Shown here: piece after piece, positions 35,225-48,325 of the stretch
Layout of the letters: each line of letters opens with the position of its first letter
How positions within the stretch are numbered: the first letter of the stretch is position 1
NCBI RefSeq assembly: GCF_028641065.1
Contig: NC_073378.1
Coordinates: 69,006,001 to 69,070,000, forward strand
Reading direction: 5' to 3'
Source: Leucoraja erinacea
Taxonomy: Eukaryota
DNA: 64,000 nucleotides
Position numbers and translations under genes: made by a program
Notes under the pieces: generated by a model
Told to the model about the DNA's origin: nothing
The model's input: the letters and a program-made list of their open reading frames with translations, nothing else
Databases searched by the model: none

Positions 35225-38139
35225 GCAGAACATGGTGGCAATTGGATATGTGTATTTAAGCATGCAAGTCCATTTAATCATTTGATATGAGATACAAGGA
35301 ATTGCAGATGCTGGTTTATACGGTAAAAGACACAAAGTGCTGGAATAATTCAGCGGGTCAATGTGCCTCTTTGGATTGTTGGGACCCATCTTCAGATCAA
35401 AAAGGCCACCATTCCATGTTCCCCAGAGATGCTCCCTGACCCACTGTGTTATTCCATTACTTTGTGTCTTTTTTTTAGCCATTTAATATAATTAGCATGT
35501 TGAAAGGAACTGCAGATGCTAGTTTGCACCGAAGATAGACACAAAATGCTGGGGTAACTGAGTGGGACAGGCAGCTTCTCTGGATAGAAGGAATGGGTGA
35601 CCAAATCGGGTCACCAAATCTGTAAGAGCCTACATTAATATGATATAATCTTACAAACCCATACTTATCTCATTATTGCATTTTCTTAGTTTCTTTATTG
35701 TTAATTGATGTCAAAAGTATTGGTCCACTGGTGAACAGCATTTTAACGTTAACATCACACACAATTAATCTAAGTCCTTTGAATCATGGATCCATTATAC
35801 TAATGTTATGAGGCCTCATCGTCATGACATGACCCTAAAGGCCACTAATATTTACTGAGTTGAAAGTGTTCCACCTGTTACAACAGTTGGAGTGTGCTGG
35901 ACTCCTTGGCCAAATCAGTGAGTGGTGCGTGAAGTGGAAATTCAGCAAAAATAAGTTGCACAGAGATTATGTGCTGATCCAGGGCGTGGAGCACAGAAAG
36001 TTGGATTGAGCCATCAGAGCTTTTAGGATTCTGCATAAGGAGAGGTATAAGATTGGTTTATTGGTTATCTCAGGGAGATAGTACTGGTTGATCACTGTTG
36101 TCTGGTCACAATGTGGGGCTGGGCTGGGCTGGCGGATGCAATCAGGAGTCGGAGCCAGTGAGAAATCGGATAATTGGGTGCGCAAAGTTATGAGTCAGGT
36201 TTGGTAGCAGTTTAGAACATATTGAAAGTCAGGGGGATGGGAAGGGGGATTGAGTAATGGTAAATTCCAGAACAACATATGCTTCCCTTCTTCCAAAAGG
36301 ATTGTTTCATACGATGTGACATAATTAATGTACTTCACAAGATCAAAATGCAAGGACTCAAATTTCTTGTGCAGTATTAAACAAGACAAAAATATGGCAG
36401 ATGCTATTTTGCAATTACTGAGCAATTTTGGATCGAGTTGTGCTATAAAGAAACTGCATGGTCTGGTCAGATTTCTATCTGTAGTTACATTTCTTCCCTC
36501 CCAGACATATGTTAAAGGTTGCATGACTGTGTTTGAAGAGTGGACAAGTTATTCTCAGTTTCTGGCAGATATTTGTTCTTTAATTGACAGTTGTTAAGAA
36601 CAGTTTAACTGTTCATTATCACGATGCTGATTAATTCCTCTTGATGTCCAAATGGGCTGCATTCACTTTAAAAGCAGAACTGAAGCTACGATTCAAAGGT
36701 AATAATTGGTTTCAAAACACTTGGGGATGCCCTGGAGATCACAAAGAAGCACTATATAAATTCAAGGCCTTGCTCTCCAGATGAGGCATAAAGAGTCACA
36801 ATTTGATGACTGGGCATGATTGCCTCCCGGAGTTTTCTTTTCCAAATGTGGAACATTTTACCTCTGTACAGCAAGTAATTGGCCAAACTGGGAATTGAGG
36901 AAAACACATTCATGCCAAGTGAACATGAACATCAAGGACTCAGATCATCAAATGTGTGGTTGAACAATTTCAGCTTCTGGTTGTTCTGATTCAAGTATTT
37001 TTACCTCCCCTTTGTCTGAATGGTTTTCTTGAGGTATATGTCACACATCAAACCTCGCACCAAATCTAGGATCAAGACTGGATGCATTAACCTAACAAAT
37101 CAGCATCAGTGAGGCGCTCCACACTGCTTGCCCTGCTTGGGATCATATGCGAGCAGGCAACATTAATCTAGTCAGCCTGAGCACAGTGAATTTCATTGGT
37201 CTGTGATCAGAAATGAGAACCAGAAGATTTATATTTTAACCTGCTAAACTCTACTTTCTACTTTTATGAGTAGGAGAAAAATGATCAAAACTTGAAAGTA
37301 AATAAACAATCCTTGGTTACTCTATTGCCATTACATCAATGGTAAATATTCATCAGTTCATAAATTCACAAGTCATGGGAGCAGAAATAGGCCTTTTGGC
37401 CCATCAAAACTCCTCGGCCATTCAATCATGGCTGATCTATCTTTCCCTCTCAACCCCATTCTCCCGCCTTCTCCCCATAATCCTAAATTCCTTTTCACCT
37501 TTCTCAGGGTATATATGTCCTTTTATTCTGAGGCTGTGCCCTCTGGTCCTAGACTCTCCCACCAGTGGAATCATCCACTCCATGTCCATTCTATCCAGGC
37601 CATTTGCAATCACATTACCAAACTTGGTAGTGATACCATGTGATTGGTAAATGACAAAAATATAGTTTGTAGAAAGTAAGATATTTCCATCGTTATGAGT
37701 TGGCTAAATTATACACTTAGGATTGTTTGAATTTTGAACAGTTCTAATTTTAGATTATTATGTGTCAGCTATTGATGACAAGATTCAAAATCTACCCATA
37801 TAATAGACAATAAAATGTTTTTCAATTCATCCTTATCTTCTCTTGCAGAAGTTGTCCCCTCTTGGGTCGGGTATGATTTCAGCATTACTCTCCACTGTTC
37901 TACTCAAGTCTGATGTGTGAGCAAAAAATATCACAAGCTAGCAGACACATCAAATAAGAACAAGAACAAGATTTCTAATCCCAGTGAGAGACACCAAGAG
38001 AAAAAAAAATCTGGCATGATGCTTCAGGGCAGCACTGAGAGAAAGATAGATTATTTCAAATAAAATGCTAAGCAAAGGTCTAATCTGATCACTCCAGTGG
38101 GTGTGTAAAAATAAAATGATATGTCACTCTTTCAGGTTG

Positions 38140-39460
38140 AAGTTTAGGTTTGTTAGTGTCACATGTACCAAGATAGTGAAAACTTTGATGATCATGCTAC
38201 CCAAACCGATCAGATAATACTATGCATAAATACAATCAAGCCAAACTCAAGTACAATGAATAGACCAAGGGGGAAGATACTGAACGCAGCATATAGTTAT
38301 CAGCATTGTAGTCCATCTGTTCCATTGATGTCCAATGTCCACAATAGAGTAGCAATGAATCGGAGATACCCAAGATTATAGAAGGACTGTTCTGAAGCTT
38401 GATATTAAGAGAAGAACAACTAAGTCTGGTGCTGCACACTTTCGAGCTTCTGTACCTTTAGCCCGAAGGGAGCAGCAAAAAGAAGGAATTACAGCGGCAT
38501 GGTGGCGCAGCGGTAAAGTTGCTGCCTTACAGCGCTTGCAGCGCTGGAGACCCGGGTTCGATCCCGACTACAGGTGCTGTCCGCATGGAGTTTGTATGTT
38601 TTCCCCATGACCTGCGTGGGTTTTCTCTGAGATATTCGATTTCCTCCCGCAATCCAAAGATGTACAGGTTTGTAGGTTAATTTGCTTGGTAAATGTAAAA
38701 AATGTCCTCAGTGTGTGTAGGATAGTGTTAATGTGTGGGCCCGGACCCAGTGGGCCAAAGGGCCTGTTTCCATGCTGCATCTCTAAACTAAATTAAACTA
38801 AACTAAAGAATGAGCTGGGCAAGTCTTTATTATTGGGAATTTTTCCAAGGCAATGTTTTGTCGATAAAGTCAATGGTGGGACTGGGCTACATCTACAACT
38901 TTCTGCAATGTCTTGTGATCTTGGGCAGAGTTGTTTCCAAGCCAAGCTGTGATGCAGCCCAACAGTATGCTTTCAATGGTCTACCTGCAAAAGGTTGTAA
39001 GAGGCATAGGAGATATGTCAAATTTCCACGTCTCCTCGGGTAGTGGAGGTATGGATGGGTCTTCATGGCCTTTGCATCAGTGTAGTTGGTCCATGACAGA
39101 TCATTGGTAATATTAACTCCAAGGAACTTGAATCTCTCAAACATTTCCATTTTAGTACCAGTGAAGCTGATTGGTGTTTCCTGAAGTCAATAACTAGTTT
39201 GTTCATCTTGCTGACATTGATGGGGATTTTATTGACCTGACACCATGTTATTAACTTTCTCCGTCTCATCATTATTTATGATCTGGCCTACCACAGCGCT
39301 GTCATTCACAAACTTGTAGATGGAGTTAGTACTGAATTTGGCCGTATAGTGGTGAGCATAGAATGAGTATGGTTTGCGACTCAGAACTCATCTTTGTGGA
39401 GCGCCAATGCTGAGAATTATTGCCGAGGAGACATTGTCACCTAACCTCACTGATTGTGTT
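38140..39460 (-). mobile_element. Rex1-type LINE relic interrupted by a SINE
   Basis: Minus-strand LITWCQVNKIPINVSKMNKLVIDFRK and FKFLGVNITNDLSWT. Confidence 0.75.
38494..38807 (+). mobile_element. HE1-type V-SINE, full length
   Basis: A-box TGGCGCAGCGG, B-box GGTTCGATCCC, central core, GGGCCAAAGGGCCTGTTTCC LINE-like 3' end, (CTAAA)n tail. Confidence 0.9.
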
Positions 39461-40207
39461 TTCAAGAAGAATTACAGAGTTAACTCCAATGTCATGGCTA
39501 ATATTTTTTTTGCTTCATCAAGATCATTAAAACAAATCTCTCTGTTATCACGCTGGTATCGGTGAAAAGTTGGTCTGCATTAATTTACTTGCCGTGTTTC
39601 CCAAAGTAAAATATTGACACATTTTTGAAAAGTACTCACTGACTGCAAAGCACTTCTTGATGTGCAGGCATCAGGTACGGACGGCACTGTAGATTCTAAT
39701 TGTTTTCACTTTCTAGACTGATCCAATACTCATAGCACTTACAGAATCATAGACAATTTACAACACAGAAGGAGTTGATTCAGCCCTTCAACTTCTGAAC
39801 TACCCATGAAAGAGCTGCCTAACCTAATAGCACCTTCCAGCACTCAGCTCTTAGGCCTGCAAACACCAGGTCTTCAAGTACACATTCAAGTATGAATCAC
39901 CGGAACATGATCATGAAACGAAACCTTTGCTTAACTTTCTTTTACGCAATCTACTATGGTGAATGGAAGCCCCTTCATTACTGCATCATTCAGAATAAAC
40001 AGTGCACAGAAGTTGTGAGCCTCCACATTCAACAGCTCAGCTCCTCATTGTCACAGCCTGCTGTACCATTGAGAGAAGCTTGGAATGGGCTACCTCATTT
40101 CAGAGCCACAGAACTGCTCACTAGAACAAATCAACAATTAAATTCAGCTATAATATTTATCCAACTGTCTTTTACTCAAGACAGGGTGGGCAATTAATTC
40201 ATGAGAT

Positions 40208-40424
40208 TTGTGTAGGAAGAAACGGCAGATGCTGGTTTACACCAATGCTGGAGCACTGCAGCAGGACAGGAAGCATCTCTGGAGAGAAGGAATGGGTGAT
40301 GTTTCAGGTCAAGACCCTTCTTCAGACCAGAGCCTGAAGAAGGGTTTCAACCTGAAACGTCACCCATTCCTTCTCTTCAGAGATGTTGCCTGTCCCACTG
40401 CTTTACTCCAGCATTTTGTGTCTA
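40208..40424. repeat. Fold-back Penelope terminal repeats with two opposed hammerhead-like motifs
   Basis: Minus-strand motif at 40295-40325; plus-strand CTGAAGAAGGGTTTCAACCTGAAACGTCACC at 40334-40364. Confidence 0.75.
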
Positions 40425-40670
40425 TCAATTCATTAGACTGTTCTCCCCCACAATCAATTATGGGTGCTCTTGTTCAAGCTGTTATATCAATAAAACATGT
40501 AGGTCCCTCTGAAAGCTGTCAAAATTAAAATTCTTCATGCAGCCCTGTTTTGTTTCAAGAATATGATAAAACTTCAAAGGTACGTGCAAAGCTGCATGAA
40601 TGTACTGTAGATAGTAAATGAATGATCTGAATCTTCCAATAATGAAATGTCTGCTACTTTTCTGCCTTTT

Positions 40671-40965
40671 GGCATGGTAGCACAGCGGTAGAGTTGCTGC
40701 CTTACAGCGTCAGAGACCGGGGTTGATCCCGACCACGGATGCTCTCTGTACAGAGTTTATACATTCTCCCCTTGACCACATGGATTTTCTCCAAGAACAC
40801 TCCAAAGACGTACAGGTTTGTAGGCTCATTGGCTTGGTATAAATGTAATTTGTCCCTAGTGTGTGTTGGATTGAGCTAGTGTGTGGGTGTCGCTTGTCGG
40901 CATGGACTTGGTGGGCCAAGAGACCTGCTTCTGTGCAATATCTCTAAACTAAAGTAAATTAAACT
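40671..40965 (+). mobile_element. HE1-type V-SINE
   Basis: Head, core and tail match the 38494 copy. Confidence 0.85.
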
Positions 40966-41595
40966 TTCCAAAATAATGTCTTGTAACGAAACAAAGTATT
41001 TACACTTGTTATCATCTGCACATCTATTTTTTGGTCATAGATTTCAAAAAGGTGTAAGTTTGTGCTGTCTTTCCCACACTGGTGGAGAATCGATACTTGG
41101 ATAATGGTTAACCTCATATTTGTGACAGAGTATCACTGAAAAATATTACTGAAGGCATTAGTACTTAAGATGACAATTAGAAAATTAGGATTATTTGAAT
41201 TAACTGCCACACTAAGTGGGTAAATGAACTCAAAATGGTTAACAAAATAAACTACTCTTCAGGCAAAGCAGCAATATTAATCTAAAACAAATCACAAGTA
41301 GGAATAGAACTTGGGATAAAGAAGAGCTTGCATTTTCAGAATTATATTTGCCATCTTCTCTTTCAAGTGTTGACTAATGACATAAATGTGTCGACTCTCC
41401 AAATTCAACCATCTTGTATGATATCCCACGTGTTAAGAAAGTCTTCATTATGTTATTCTTAAGTACTGTATACCCTTGAGAACCTTGAATTTGGTTCATC
41501 TTGAATTATTGTAGTGGATTTCTGAAAGTAGCTATAGGAGCACTTTCTACATTTAATCTATTTCCTGAGATGATATTTTTGAAATCTGCTCATAT

Positions 41596-42358
41596 TGTAA
41601 AGAACTTGTTCTAAGCTTCCCCCAGATTAGTTTCAGTCAGAAATCACTGAGCCAAGCACTTGCGCAACTAAACTTTATTTTAGAAAAACAACACGATAAC
41701 AGTTCGCACTACTAGACCTAACCACCATGGGTTCGATCATCGTATAGGCAAGGCCAAGCCCTCTTAGCCTCGTTCAAGCAGAGACACTCCAGAAGGTCAC
41801 GCAGTCTCAAGCGCTCTCCCAGAAGATCGACACAGGACCTCGTGGGAGCGGCCTTTTATAGCTCCCCGAACCTTGAGGGCCCTAACCACATGGGGGTGGT
41901 CTCTTTACAGTCCAATAACAGATATCGATTAACACAGTATATGATAGACATTTCCCTAATCCAATAATACAGTAACTAATACATTGTATTTGAAAGAAAG
42001 TTCTAGAAGGAAGCAAACAAGAATAAACATTTGCCATGAGATTCAAACAGCTTCTCCAAGGTTCAACAGTTTGACCAATCATCGATTAACAGGATGACCG
42101 TCTTGCAACATTATTGTTTTTGCTGCGATCCAATCGAAATGATGCATTTAAGGTTCGTTTGCAAAACTGTTATACATTTTATCAAATTAGGAGAAAAAGG
42201 AGAACACCTGGACCCCTCACCATCCTGCACACCAGTCTGTGCCTTGAGTAGCTGGCGCCATTGATAGCCTGTAAAGTTCAGCTGACAAGGGTTAAGCAAT
42301 TCTGACAAGTGCAGGGATCCTCCATTTTATGGTGTCTTTAATTTGGCCAATATTAACA
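41596..42358 (-). mobile_element. Solo LTR (763 bp, ERV- or Gypsy-type)
   Basis: TGTAAAGA...TATTAACA termini; 4-bp TSD ATAT; minus-strand TATAAAA (~41854-41860) upstream of AATAAA (~41674-41679); second copy at 1-604. Confidence 0.88.
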
Positions 42359-42824
42359 ATATCTGGTTTATTATCGTGCCTTAAAATCCCTTGCATTTTG
42401 TTGTCTCTTATGAGACAATGACAATAAATTGAATCCAATCCAATCCTTGTGATATTAGGGATCAATCTTATTTTTCTCAGAAACACCTTAATAATACAAT
42501 ATATTTAATGGAATAAAAACTCACAACATCATTCTAGTATTTACACGATTGGCATTAGCAGATACCAATTAAAGAGATAGATTTTAATGTACAATTGGCG
42601 AGATGGCAGATCTGCAAAGAGTGGCTGGCCAATGATTTGTGCTCCATTGCAATGTGTTATTTCAGCACTTTGTTTTTTGCCCAAAATTCCAGCACCTCTC
42701 TCCCTTTTCTCGAACTTTCTGTTTTTATCACTGGGGACACTCTATCAACTGACGTCTATTATAAATACCTAACTTCCAGCAGGTGGGGACAATTTTCAAT
42801 AAACAGAAGCCAATTAACCCACAA

Positions 42825-43305
42825 ATCTCATCACCCCGATTCTGGCCTCTCTCCACTCTCTGTGCGGTTCCGAATCAATTTCAAGCTCCTTCTTTATGTA
42901 TACAAAGCCCTTAATGGGCTTGCCCCCACCTACATCAAAAATCTGCTTACCCACCATACCACCTCCAGGTCCCTCAAATCGGCTGACTTGGGGTTACTGA
43001 CCATCCCGTGATCTAGGCATAAGCTCAGGGGCGACCGCGCTTTAGCGGTTGCAGCTCCCAGACTATGGAACAACATCCCTCTTCCCATCACAACTTCCCC
43101 CTCCATCGACTCTTTTAAGTCAAGACTTAAAACTTATTTCTACTCTCAAGCCTTTCTTGAGGTCCTCTGAGGGAGTGCTGTATGTATGTATCTATGTATG
43201 TATTGTTGATCTATTGTAGCACATTAGTACCTGCACCAATGTAAATCACATTGGTCAACGAGAGTTGTTTTTAAATGTGCTATAGAAATACAATTGACTT
43301 GACTT
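42825..43305 (+). mobile_element. L2 LINE 3' end
   Basis: VRFRINFKLLLYVYKALNGLAPTYI...SRSLKSAD; ends GTGCTATAGAAATACAA(TTGAC)n. Confidence 0.85.
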
Positions 43306-43329
43306 AAATGATAAATAATCACACCTATT

Positions 43330-43650
43330 TCTCCTCTCCCCCTCCTATTCCACCTACATTCGTTCCTGTTGCTTCACAATTCACAACTCTGCAATCTTTC
43401 GTCTCATGCCTTCTGTCTTTTCATTTCTGGCATTTGTCCAACCATCAGCCTATCAAAAAGCACCTTCACGTGTATCCATCTATTACCTGTCAGCCTTTGT
43501 CCTGCCCTCCTTTCTTCAAGCTTTCTTCTCTTCCCAACACACGACAATCAGTCTGCCGAAGAGTCTCGACTGGAAATGCCAACTGTCTTGGTTCTGCATA
43601 TGCTGCCTGACCCGTTGAGTTTCTCCAGCATTTTGCGTCTTTTTTTGTAT
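43330..43650 (+). mobile_element. Penelope-like 3' terminal fragment, old
   Basis: TGCTGCCTGACCCGTTGAGTTTCTCCAGCATTTTG end; degenerate hammerhead-like core at ~43553-43575. Confidence 0.55.
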
Positions 43651-44629
43651 TGCGTATAGTTTGGATTCCTCATTTTAGGAAGATTGTAAACATTTTCGGC
43701 TTGTAAATATGTTCATTTAGACTTGTGCCCTCGAAGTTCAGAAGTCTGAGAAGGAATTTAGTTTAAATATTTCAACACTTGTAGTTTCTTGTATCACTGA
43801 TTTTACAGCTCCATACAGATTGTCCCTACGGAAAATCACCGCCTCAAGTGGGAAATGGTCCCTCCTAACACTGATGTTTTGAATTTTAATGAAGACGTTA
43901 GCCATTTTAGAGTAGGCAGAACAACGGGAGGAGATAAATGAGTTGACTTTGCCGTCAAATTGGAGGAATTGTTTTACTTTAGCTATCATCCACTGGAAGA
44001 AGAGACCCAGGTTTGATCAAAGCTGAGTCAAATATCACGCCAATACTGTCCCTACGGATCGATTTGATTGAGTCCGAGAGGCCGAGTGTTCTATCTGCTG
44101 GGACGAGGCGCATGAGTTTTCTTCAAGTGCTCCAGATTTCTTCTATCTTCTAAAGATGTACTGTGGTCCCTTATTTGGGTGCCCGTCAGGAGTCTCGCTG
44201 CAGTGTTTTGGACCAATTGCAGGCGGGACAATGAAGATTGGCTGATGCCATTTTAAAAGTAGTTATAGTATATTAAGTGATGGGGGGTGGAAGATTGCAA
44301 CCTTCACGTGGTCCGCCCTGTTCGACGAATGCAATCAACCTGGCATGCACAATCAAATAAGATCAAATAGAACAAGTTGTCCAACAACTTTAGGCTGTAC
44401 ACGCCATGCTCAAGAAGAAGAAGAAATGATGGTACTTTGGCAATATTGATTTGTAGCCCTAAATCCTTACACGAGATTTGCAGGTGATTCCTTCCACATT
44501 ACTCAACATGTCAGCATATCCCTCTATTCCCTTTTCCTTTTGACTTTATCCTTCTTCTTCTTAAATATATCTTTATTTTTCTTATCCACTACTTGTTATG
44601 AAAGCAAGCTCCACATACCAATGTAAATA

Positions 44630-44905
44630 GGGTGGCACAGAGATGCAGCGGAAGAGTTTCTGCTTACCGTGTCATAGACCCGGGTTCGATCAACAATGGT
44701 GCTCCTTCTAATCTCGTGGGTTTTTTCCAGGTGCTCCGGTTTCTTCCCACTCTGCAATGACTTACAGGTTTGTAGATTAATTGGCTTCTGTAAATTGTAA
44801 AATTGTCCCTCGTGTTAAGATAGTGTTAGTGTATTGGCTGATCGCTAGTCGTTGCACTCGGTGGTCCGAGGGGCCTGTTTCCACACTGTTTTTCCAAGGG
44901 CTAAA
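44630..44905 (+). mobile_element. HE1-type V-SINE
   Basis: GACCCGGGTTCGATC, GTGCTCCGGTTTC core, GGGCCTGTTTCC end. Confidence 0.8.
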
Positions 44906-45124
44906 GATTAAATAGATGTATCTTGTACATGTGTTTATTAATGACTACCTTGTATTCTTAATCCTCTTTAGCATCATGGACAATTGGACACAGTATCCAT
45001 AACTTCACCCATTCAAACATTTTGATAATATTAAAGAACTCTGTCATTCTCTTACCACTGTGGGAGAGGAGAGAAGGATGTTGAGGTGCTGTTGAAGATA
45101 CATTATAAAATACACAAGAAATCA

Positions 45125-45452
45125 ATACAAGGCTAGGGAAGGCCACAGATAAGGTGGGTTTGGAACTGCGGCAAAACAATGCGTGGCAAAGGGGTGCCGT
45201 AACTTGAGGCGCACTCGTCGTGGTGTCTCTGTGACAATCTGTTGGAGGAGGTGGAGGAGAAAAAGACAGCCTCTATGCGGCCTCCTCCACGAGTAGCTTA
45301 CAGGCTCATAAGCCCACAAAGCTAAACCAATGTCTTTACCACGTCTGCAGACCGCTAAAAGCCATGCCTCCCCAGGCCAGGCGGCATCATTAAATGCTGC
45401 CAACTGTCAAGGTTTAGAGCTACTGCTGCTCAATGTTGAAGGCCTTACCGCC
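45125..45452 (+). mobile_element. Possible 5' fragment of a single-ORF LINE (Vingi/RTE-like)
   Basis: Ends in LELLLLNVEGLT, resembling the first motif of an APE endonuclease; no further support. Confidence 0.3.
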
Positions 45453-46659
45453 ATGTATTTTGATGATTAAATTAAACAAGTGTAATTGCTGAAATACTGT
45501 GGCACTGCAGACTTCGCTGTTTTGATTTTCTTTTCCCTTTACTCCAGGACCTGCATCAAGTTGTATAAAATATAACACCGCTGTTATTTATTTTGGATCG
45601 TGTCATTGTGTGATGCAACATGCAACATGACTAATACAAAATTAAAATGATCTTGATAACTGGGTGAATTGAAGATTCCAGCCTACTAGCACATACGATT
45701 TCATACCGTTAAATTCTCATCAGAAGGCAATTGGCATTAAATGCTTTAGAATGCACCAGATCTCTCAGTCAGATGACTTTTTTTGGCAACGCAATCATTC
45801 TGAATGCACGTTAATTCTTTACAATGAGGCATAATCACTGCCAATAATATCTCAACCTGTGGAAGTATGCCTGTTCACTCACAGCTATATTCACATTCAT
45901 GTGAATTTAAGAACGTCAGAAATACAAGCAGAGTAGGCAGTTCAGCCCCTCTTGCCTGCCTTACCGCTCAATAGTAATTGCATGATTTATACCACAGTCC
46001 CACTATCCTGATGGGAAATGGAGAGTCAACATCAACCTCAGGAATAAATGAGTTGAAAGTGGTTAAAAAGAAAATTGGCTTTGTTCAACATCACTTTTTA
46101 TTTTCTTCTCATAACCTGATCAACAATGCATGGCACATAGCTGGAGAATTTCAAGCAATTTCTCAATTATCCATGTGTAGAGAGTAGATTGGTTTATTTG
46201 CTTGCAATTTATGGGAGGTGGTTGGGGGAGCTTGTATAATATGACCTTGCAGATGGCGGGGTGGGGTGGGAGGGGGGTCATTAACATTGCACATAGTGAA
46301 GTCATTTATGATGGAAGCTTTTTATTTTGTGTATTTTTTAATATATCTCACAGGGTGATGGTATCAGTACTCAATGAATCCACACACCACACACCACAGG
46401 TATCTGGTTCTTAGACTTTTTCCTCTCTGGACTCACGCAATGAAATAAAGAAAAAACAAACACAAACCTTACCTAAACTTACCTTTTTAATGATGTTTTG
46501 TGAACTTATTCAAGCGACCAGGATTGTCATCTGCATACAAACTATGACAGAAACATAAATGCCACTGTTAGACCACCACTCGACCTTCCCTCCTCCAGAG
46601 AAAAAACAACTCGTCTGCTCATTTTTCTAAATATTGGGTGGTAAATTGTTGCAGCTGGT

Positions 46660-46955
46660 AGACATATTGTCCCAAAGTGCCAGAGACCCAGGTTCGATCC
46701 TGACCTTTGGTGCTGTCTGTGTGCAGTTTGCACGTTCTCTCCGTGTGGGTTTATTTTGGCTGCTCCTGTTTCCTCCCACATCCCAATGTTGTGTGGGTCT
46801 GTAGGATAATTAACAACTGTAAAATGTCTCCTAATGTGTAGGAAGTAGATGCAAAAGTGGGCCAACATAGAGCACGTGCGAACCGGTGATGGATGGCCGG
46901 TGTCGACTCGGTGGGCCGGAGGGCCTGTTTCCATGCTGGAAGTCACTAAAATAAA
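46660..46955 (+). mobile_element. HE1-type V-SINE
   Basis: AGAGACCCAGGTTCGATCC...GGTGGGCCGGAGGGCCTGTTTCC. Confidence 0.8.
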
Positions 46956-46964
46956 CTATACTCT

Positions 46965-47209
46965 TGTGGCGGCTCCTGGTGGTGAGCCACGCACAGTGCG
47001 AACCCTCGGCTCTGGAGGGGGGAGTCACGTGTCTTGGTGATGGGAGGTGCAGGTCATGCGGCCTCCCTGGGGAGTATTTAAGGTCGGGAACACCCGTGCC
47101 TTGATGAGTGGTAGGGAGCAGTATCATTAGATAACATTAAAGATTTACTGGCTGGACAAACTTCGTGTCCCACCTCATTATTGGCTGGACAGCTTTGAGT
47201 CCCGCCTCA
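46965..47209 (+). mobile_element. Solo LTR (245 bp)
   Basis: Inverted termini TGTGGCGG...CCGCCTCA; 4-bp TSD CTCT; TATTTAA followed by ATTAAA. Confidence 0.82.
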
Positions 47210-48259
47210 CTCTTACATTTCTGATTCATTCTTGCTTATCTCTTACGCAGCCTCTCAAGTCTCTCTGCATTATTTGCCACACCCCCATCACTATTCGTTC
47301 CATGCCATAACTGTGCCAAACAATACTTTTGTCCAAGATTTCAGTCGAGGAACCATTTACTTCTTGGATGGGCATAATAAAATCCCATGATACCATTCTG
47401 AAAAAGAATAAGGAAGCTATTCTCAATTTCTTAAACCAATATTTCATTCCACACAGATCACCAATCTGTGGAATAGTCCGGACCCAAAACATCACCTATC
47501 CATGTCCTCCAGAAATGCTGCCTTATCCGTTGATTCTCTCCAGCACTTTGTGTCCTATACAAGATTCTTGCAACTGCAGTTCCTTGTGTCTCTCTCACCA
47601 AACAGTTTAGCTAGTCCTTAATGGAATTAGTATAAATAGGGAATTGATAGTTGGCATGGGCATTATGGGCTGAAGGGCTTGTTTCTATGAGTTTCACTTG
47701 AATGCTTGTGGGAACATCCTGGGTATGAAAAGTAAGCTAAGGCTGGAACTACATTTCAAGTAATTTTCATGGCTGAAATGCCATTGGAATGTCTTAATGT
47801 CATGCAAGTCACTTTATAATCTGCCTCAAGTAGGCGGCATATGTCATCAATGCCCATGCCCCCTTGTCACTTCTACCATTGGTAGGATGCACAGAAATCT
47901 GAAGTGCCACAGCACATTTACCTCTTCAGTGGACCCAGTGATGGACATTGATGCAGTCGGTACAGTGATCATTGGGGTCGTTGGTCATTGGGGGCGCCAG
48001 CGGTCGAGGATGGGCCACGTGGAAGCTAGAGGAACTGCCATGATAGGAGTGGGGTGAAGAACAAAGGAGGATGTGGCATGGGGGGATGGCGTGATGAGGG
48101 GGGGAGGGGAGGAGGGGAGGGGGAAAACAAAAGAGGACGCGGCGTGGAATACTATGTAACTTTGTTGGCGACCTTTATGTAGGAACTCTTTGCATACATT
48201 GGGTATTCAAATCGAAGAATTTTACTGTGACTTGTCACATGTGACAATAAAGTTTACTT

Positions 48260-48325
48260 TCATACATTCATCATCCATTCATTCATTCATTCATACATCC
48301 ATTCATTCATTCATTCATTCATTCA
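48260..48325 (+). repeat. (CATT)n microsatellite tail of a retroposon
   Basis: Follows GTGACAATAAA. Confidence 0.85.

Noticed and set aside
38494-38570. tRNA gene
   Set aside because: The A and B boxes belong to the tRNA-derived head of an HE1 SINE; body and tail follow.
1-42358. Single giant provirus bounded by the two long LTR copies
   Set aside because: The right copy has its own TSD on both sides, and the interval is ordinary repeat-rich host DNA.
44070-44165. RING-like peptide ECSICWDE as a host exon
   Set aside because: No further Cys/His ligands follow, and the downstream sequence resembles a decayed HE1 SINE core.
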